DNA of 64,000 bases, from NCBI RefSeq assembly GCF_009914755.1, contig NC_060939.1; one strand, 5' to 3'. The notes beneath the pieces are model-generated. The model made no database searches. It saw only the letters and a list, made by a program, of their open reading frames with translations, and was not told the origin of the DNA. A program made the position numbers and the translations under genes. Within the stretch, counting starts at the first letter, position 1, and each line of letters begins with the position of its first letter. The stretch is from the human T2T-CHM13v2.0 reference genome, Homo sapiens. Of the stretch, positions 56,657 to 64,000 are shown piece by piece.

Positions 56657-59600
56657 TAACCTTTCAGATTTTCTCTTTGTCACTGGTTTGGGGCAATTTG
56701 ATTATGATATGCTTCAGTGTGTCATCCTCATGTATCTTGTGCTAGGGGTTCGTTGGTTCTTAGATCTCTGGGTTTACAGTTTTCTCAAATTTAAATTTTT
56801 TCAGCCACAGTTTTTTCAAATATTTTTTCTTCTACTCCTCCCCACCTTCTTCAGGAACTCCAATTCCACATATATTAGTCCTGTTGGTGCTGATTTTCTG
56901 TTCAGTTTTTTCCATTATTTTCTCCATGTTCCATTTTTGATAGTTTCTACTGCTACATCTTCCAGTTGACCAATCCTTTTTTATATAATATCTATTCTCT
57001 TTTAAATGCCATTTAGTATATTTTTCATCTCAGACATTGTATTTTTCACCTCTAGAGATTCAAGCTGGGTCTTCCATGTCTCTACTTCCATGTTCTAGCT
57101 TCCCTTTACCTTCTTCTTGTGGAATGTTATCATTACAATAACTGTTTTAATATTGTTGCCTACTAATTCCATCTTATTTGCCGTTTCTGTATCTATTGAT
57201 CAAGTTTTCTTCTCATTATTGAGACATTTCCTTTTTCTTTATATGACTGGTAATTTTCAGCTGAATGGCAGACAAAGTGAAATTTATCTTATTGTGCATT
57301 GGCTATTGTTGGGTTCCTATAAATATTATTGAGCTATGTTCTAGGATGCAGTTAAATTATCTGGAAAGATTTTGGTTCTTTGATGGTTATCTTTAAGGTC
57401 TTGTTAAGTAGGACCTTAGCAGCCTCAGCCTAGATCTAATCTTCCACACTACTGAGGCAACTCTTTTCTGAATGTTCCATCAAATGGTCCGGGAAGTATA
57501 AGATTTGTCCACTGTTGCTGCTGGGAACAACAAATATGCTGGTTCTGTGGGAGGTTCAAGCATTGTTCTTTCTGTTACCTTCAGGTATTTTTTCCCCTAG
57601 ACTTGTAGTTTACACACATACACGTGCTGATCAGTATTTAGCTGAAGACTCTGGAGGTTTTCTGTTTTGTGTCTTTGTCCTTTTCATTCCCGGAATACTC
57701 TGCCCTGCAGAGTTTACCTGAGCTTCTTTAGTCTCCCTGGACTCCCAGCTTCATCTCCTCAACTCAGAACCAACACCAGGCTCAGCCTGGGTTCTCCCTC
57801 CTTGAGCTGTGGCCTAGAAACGGTTTGCCTTCTGGTCACCACACCTGGGCAGTCCAGAGTCACAAGAAACTCTAGGCCATGTGGCAGAATGCCCACTGTC
57901 CCCACTTCACCACACTGTACTCTCTCCATCCAGTGCTAGCTGCAGCCACGCTGCCTCACAGTCCAGAATGCTAGCCAGAGACCAAGCTTTCTGCAGTGCC
58001 TTGGCTGGGGTTCACAGATAAGAATGGCCAAGCAGTGCTCCCAGAAGACAGCAGATGCCATCAATCAGTTTTACATCCGCAAGGCACTGAGAATCTCTGG
58101 ACACCAGAAGTGTCCTCTGTTGCCAGAGCTGAACTCTCAAGTTAAGACTCCAGAAGGCCCTGAAATGTGGGCAAGCTCCCATCATTGCCTGTCTGTGGCC
58201 ACAAGGACACAGATTCTTTCCATGGCTGGTGAGATATCCAGCACACTGGGGGCTCTGGAAAGCCCCTTTTCAACTTTAGGTCTTAGCTGAGCTCTCCATT
58301 TACCTCAGACCAGGCAGTGCACATTATGGGGGACACCACTGGGTGCTGGGATGAGAATGGCACTTGGCATGTGAGCTAGGATTGACAGCCCATCGCTCTC
58401 TTCCCCAGCGAGGTGGTGGCCAGTTACCATCTCTGGCTTCTGTCCCCTTACCAGCCTCCTCTGCTACAATTGCATTTCTGGCAGGCAGTGGATCAGGGAA
58501 GCACCGGCAGTTGAGGACCATGTGGAGAACCACTACTGGCCAAGCATTACCAACCTGACAGCAGAACAGGAGTACAGCAGTGCTGAGGTGAACTTGACAT
58601 AGAACTTTGAGACGATGAAGGCAGACAACACTTCCAACATATCACAACCTGTCTCTCACATAGATTTATTGTAGAAGAACTCAACCATCTCCGTGTCAAC
58701 AAGAAATGGTCCTCACTCAAAACCATCACCCTTGGATTTAGATCATGAGGCTGTCCTGTCTTTAGTATGGAACTGAAAAGCTTTAATTTCCACAAAAATG
58801 TAAGGTTTTGGGCTACAGCCTTATTAAAACAAACAAATATGAGCATAGTTGTCTACAGATGGAATATCTGGGGCTCTAAACAAACTGCTCCTTGAAAGTG
58901 TAATCACTGTCTTTTTGTTTGTTTATTTAGCCTGGTAGGACAATGTCAGAAATTTCCTTGGTCATAGGGAATATAAAACATAGTGTGAACAGAAGCAGCA
59001 ATAAAGCTACAAACTATTTTTTGGTGTATTTGCTTAAGTATAAGATAGCTGATTGGGGCTTTATCATGTAACGTTAGTTTGCTTAGTTTTCATTATGTTT
59101 GTTAAACTTGAATTGTGAATAAATATATGGCTGATTCACATTGTAATTAAACTGCACATTGACATAAACTGTACATTAAAAGTTGCTGCACACAGTCATC
59201 CAAAATAATACTTAGGTAAAACCAAAAATACTATAAACCAATGTCAAGGAACCTACCCTAAAATAAAAATACAGTTAACATGGAATTGCAAAACTAGAAT
59301 GGGAGAAATATTTACCCATAAAATCTTGTTTGGAACATTGATATAACACTAGAAAAGAATTTTTCTAAATAACCACAATGTTCAACAGTGACTGTGCATC
59401 TGTGAAGACCAGGCATTTTGAATCATTGCCCTGTGGTGTGTGGCAGTACAACTTTACAGAAATGCACTACAATAATTAATAAAATTCTCTAATGGGAAGA
59501 TTTTAATGAATAAGTATTTACACAATAAATATTTATAATATTGGTGCTATTATTTCACAAAATAAAAAAGCTGTATTACAGCCTTTAAAAGCAAATAATA

Positions 59601-59919
59601 GCCTTACATTTCTAAATAAAGAAAAAATATAAATTTTATGAAATATGGTTAAGAGTAATTGATAAAATAACAGTTGGGGCATAAATTATATTATAGTTTG
59701 GATAGAAGTTGAAAAAGTGGATGAAAATTTTAATGAGCCCTTTTTGCCTGCACTAAACTTAATCTTATAGGTGAAAATTATAATATATATAGGGTACCTA
59801 CTAGCTATCTAATTTACTTTTTACACAATGTATAAATCCCAGCCTATTGGTCTTAATATTTGAACCTAAAATAACACACAAACATACAAGAGAACAAACT
59901 AAGGAAGAAATGTATGGAG

Positions 59920-62270
59920 ACAGTGACATTATCAAAGTGGTGGAATAGGGGTTCCCTACTTTTGTATTCCCCTGCAGCAATAAAAACTAGTCAGCCATCC
60001 ATCAACCAAAGTAACTTTATGAGAGATCCAGGCACAGTGGCTCATGACAGTAATCTCCTCCATTCAGGAGCCTGAGGTGGGAGGACTGCTTCAGGCCAGG
60101 CGTTCAAGAACAGCCTGGGCAATATAGTGAGCTTTGGGATACAGGGAATTATGAAACCTTGCTAAAACCCAAGATCGAAAAGAGTCATTTTGAGAAGGCA
60201 GGCCCTTTGGTTAATAAGGTGTCATATTATCCAAAGCAATCTGTAAGTTAACTCAAATCCCTATCAAAATCTCTGTCCCACTTTTTATAGTAATAGAAAA
60301 TGCAAGCCTACAATGTAGGCTGAATGGCCAAGCCAATCATGAGGAATAAGAAAAAAGCTGGGGACATCATACTAGTGACTCACACAAAACAGTCCAAAAG
60401 TCACTGTTTGTAGATAACCTGGGGAAAACCTGCTAGGTACTCAGTGGGAGCCACACTCACCCACACATCTGCTATTAGGCCCAGCATATAGCAGAACCTG
60501 CCCTAGTGCCTGCTCCACAAAACAAAGCCCTGAAGACAATCCAGCCTACCCGAAAACATGACAGAACTCACAATCACACGAGCTCCTGGTAACAAGCCCA
60601 TTAAAGGTAAAACCCACTTCAGATTCGGCAGCCACCTTCTGACGCAGCTACAAGCCTTTTTACTGCAAACCCAGTAAAGATCGCATCAGCCTCGAGACCC
60701 AACAGATGAAGATCTTTACCTACTAAAACCAGTTTATAAAAATGAAAAGAGGTGGCAGGGCACGGTGGCTCACACCTGTAATCCCAGCACTTTGGGAGGC
60801 CGAGGTGGGTGGATCACGAGGTCAGGAGTTCAAAACCAGCCTGCTGAAGCAGAGAATTGCTTGAACCCAGGAGGCGGAGTTTGCAGCGAACCAAGATCAT
60901 GCCACAGCACTCCAGCCTGGGTGACAGAGTGAGACTCCATCTCAAAAACAAAACAACAACAACAACAACAACAAATGAAAAGAGGTGTTTGCTCCTTCAA
61001 ATGTGCAAACACCAATGCAAGTCTACATTATGCCCATTCTAACGGTTCTATTTTAACATAGAACTGGAAGTCCTACTAGAATAATTAAGTCCTATATCAA
61101 ATAATTAAGCAAGAAAAACTAAAAGATCCAAATTGACAAGAAGAAATAAAGTCACTGTCTGTAGATGACATAATGTTATATATAAAAAACATAAATAGTA
61201 CATTTAAATAATGCGTTTAATGCATCTATATATAAATAGTGCATCTAATAAATGCACTCAGAAAAGAAGCAGAATATACAATTAACATACAAATATCAGT
61301 TTTGTTTATATATGCTAGCAACAAACCAGTAAAAAAGAAAAAAATATCTCATTTACAATAGCAACCAAATAATAGATTTCTTAGCAATAAATTTAACCAA
61401 TGTGGTGAAAGATCTTTACAATAAAAAATAAAATATATTGATAAAAAAATTAAAGAAGATACAAATAAATGTAAATATATTACATGTTTATGGATTAGAA
61501 GAATATTGCCTAAGTGCCATATTATCCAAAGCAATCTGTAGATTAATTCAACTTCCTATCAAAATTCCTGTGCCACTTTTTACAGTAATAGAAAATAAAG
61601 TCTGCAATGTATATAAAACTATAAGAAATATTGAATGGCCAAAGCAATCATGAGGAATAAAACAAAATCTGGGGACATTATACTTTATTATTTAAAACTG
61701 CATTTCAAGACTACAGTAAACATAATAGAATGGAATGTTTATAAGAACCAACACAAAAACCAATGGAACAGAATACAGAGTCCAGAAGTAAATCTATGCA
61801 TCTAAAGTTAATCTTTGACAAGGGCACTATGAATACGCAATACAAAAAGTGTAGCCTTTTCAATACTTAGTGCTGGGAAAACGGGATAGTCACAAGCACA
61901 ATAAAAAAACTTGATCATATTTCTTACACCAGACACAAAAATTGACTTAAAATAAAGACTTAAATTTAATACATAAATCCTTAAAAGAAAATCTTTAAAA
62001 AAGCATATGAAAAGCCTTCATGATACTGGCCTTGGCAATGTTTTTTTAAAATATGATATCAAAAATATAGCAATAAAAGGAGACATAAACTTGTAGTGCA
62101 TTAAAGTATTGTACACAGCAAAAAATAAGAAAACATTTAAGATAGGATAAAATATTTGCAAACTATATATGATAAGAGGTTAATATTCAAAATATAGCAG
62201 AAACTCATACAAATCAGAAGCTAAACAATAATAATTATAATACCCAACTAAAAAATAAGCAAAAGACTAA
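59920..62270 (+). mobile_element. Fragmented old L1M (5'UTR-like and ORF2 pieces) containing a FLAM and an Alu
   Basis: ORF2-like 61030-62270 (MIKKLKKIQIN...LSKAICRL..IPIKIP). FLAM-like monomer at ~60030-60132. Confidence 0.6.
60754..60972 (+). mobile_element. AluS with internal deletion
   Basis: Left arm joins the right arm at 'ccagcctg|ctgaagcag'. 14-bp TSD AAATGAAAAGAGGT. Confidence 0.88.
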
Positions 62271-62271
62271 A

Positions 62272-64000
62272 TTTTTTTATATTATTATACTTTAATTTTA
62301 GGGTACATGTGCACAACGTGCAGGTTTGTTACATATGTATACATGTGCCATGTTGCTTTGCTGCACCCATTAACTTGTCATTTAGTATTAGGTATATCTC
62401 CTAATGCTATCCCTCCCCCCTCCCCCACCCCACAACAGGCCCCGGTGTCTGATGTTCCCCTTCCTGTGTTCATGTGTTCTCATTGTTCAATTCCCACCTA
62501 TGAGTGAGAACATGTGGTGTTTGGTTTTTTGTCCTTGTGATAGTTTGCTGAGAATGATGGTTTCCGGGTTCATCCATGTCCCTATAAAGGACATGAACTC
62601 ATCTTTTTTATGGCTGCGTCGTATTCCATGGTATATATGTGCCACATTTTCTTAATTCAGTTTATCATTGTTGGACATTTGGGTTGGTTCCAGGTCTTTA
62701 CTATTGCGAATAGTGCCGCAATAAACATATGTGTGCCTGTGTCTTTATAGCAGCATGATTTATAGTCCTATGGGTATATACCCAGTAATAGGATGGCTGG
62801 GTCAAATGGTATTTCTAGTTCTAGATCCCTGAGGGATCACCACACTGACTTCCACAATCGTTGAGCTAGTTTACAGTCCCACCAACAGTGTAAAAGTGTT
62901 CCTATTTCTCCACATCCTCTCCAGCACATGTTGTTTCCTGACTTTTTAATGATTGCCATTCTAACTGGTGTGAGATGGTATCTCATTGTGGTTTTGATTT
63001 GCATTTCTCTGATGGCCAGAAATCGTGAGCTTTTTTCATGTGTTTTTTGGCTGCATAAATGTCTTCTTTTGAGAAGTGTCTGTTCATATCCTTTGCCCAC
63101 TTGTTGATGGGGTTGTTTGTTTTTTTCTTGTAAATTTGTTTGAGCTCATTGTAGATTCTGGATATTAGCCCTTTGTCAGATGAGTAGGTTGCAAAAATTT
63201 TCTCCCATTCTTTATGTTGCCTGTTCACTCTGATTGTGGTTTCTTTTGCTGTGCAGAAGCTCTTTAGTTTAATTGGATCCCATTTGTCAATGTTGGCCTT
63301 TGTTGCCATTGCTTTTGGTGCTTTAGGCATGAAGTCCTTGCCCATGCCTATGTCTTGAATGGTATTGCCTAGATTTTCTTCTAGTGTTTTTATGGTTTTA
63401 GGTCTAACATGTAAGTCTTTAATCCATCGTGAATTAATTTTTGTATAATGTGTAAGGAAGGGATCCACTTTCAGCTTTCTACATATGGCTAGCCAGTTTT
63501 CCCAGCACCATTTATTAAATAGGGAATCTTTTCCCCATTGCTTGTTTTTGTCATGTTTGTCAAAGATCAGATAGTTTTATATATGGGGCATTATTTCTGA
63601 GGGCTCTATTCTGTTCCATTGGTCTAGATCTCTGTTTTGGTACCAGTACCATGCTGTTTTGGTTACTGTACCTTGTAGTATACTTTGACATCAGGTAGCG
63701 TGATGCCTCCAGCTTTCTTCTTTTGGCTTAGGATTGACTTGGCAATGCAGGCTCTTTTTTGGTTCCATGTGAACTTTAAAGTGGTTTTTTTCCAATTCGT
63801 GAAGAAAGTCATTGGTAGCTTGATGGGGATGACATTGAATCTATAAATTACCTTGGGCAATATGGTAATTTTCACAACATTGATTCTTCCTACCCACGAG
63901 CATGGAATGTTCTTCCATTTGTTTGTATCCTCTTTTATTTCGTTGAGCAGTGGTTTGTAGTTCTCCTTGAAGAGGTTCTTCTCATCCCTTGTAAGTTGGA
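62272..64000 (-). mobile_element. L1PA4/5-like 3' portion running past the window end
   Basis: 3'UTR, tail and frameshifted ORF2 C-terminal fragments. Confidence 0.9.

Overview
Primate (human/great-ape-like) gene-poor genomic DNA made mostly of nested transposable elements. I see no intact protein-coding gene, RNA gene or CRISPR array. A decayed ~22 kb L1MA-type host LINE (~4360-26520, +) contains two young L1PA elements, a complete MSTA MaLR provirus, a THE1 LTR, Alus and a short CER (48-bp) satellite block. A decayed ERV1 gag-pro-pol provirus follows; it carries an HML-2 LTR5 solo LTR and a THE1 LTR and is cut off by an orphan TUBB8-family promoter/exon 1 fragment. Further L1, MaLR and Alu elements, a mini beta-satellite block and a 32-34 bp VNTR follow. 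The TUBB8, CER and beta-satellite pieces together suggest a pericentromeric, acrocentric or subtelomeric segmental-duplication mosaic (inference). I found no convincing new biological system. The most unusual structures are a full-length L1 inside two nested TSDs (probable 5'+3' transduction), a satellite block flanked by an ~87-bp direct duplication, the orphan TUBB8 exon 1, and one target site hit by both an Alu and an L1. Subfamily names come from recognising diagnostic sequence by eye, and boundaries of old elements are approximate.
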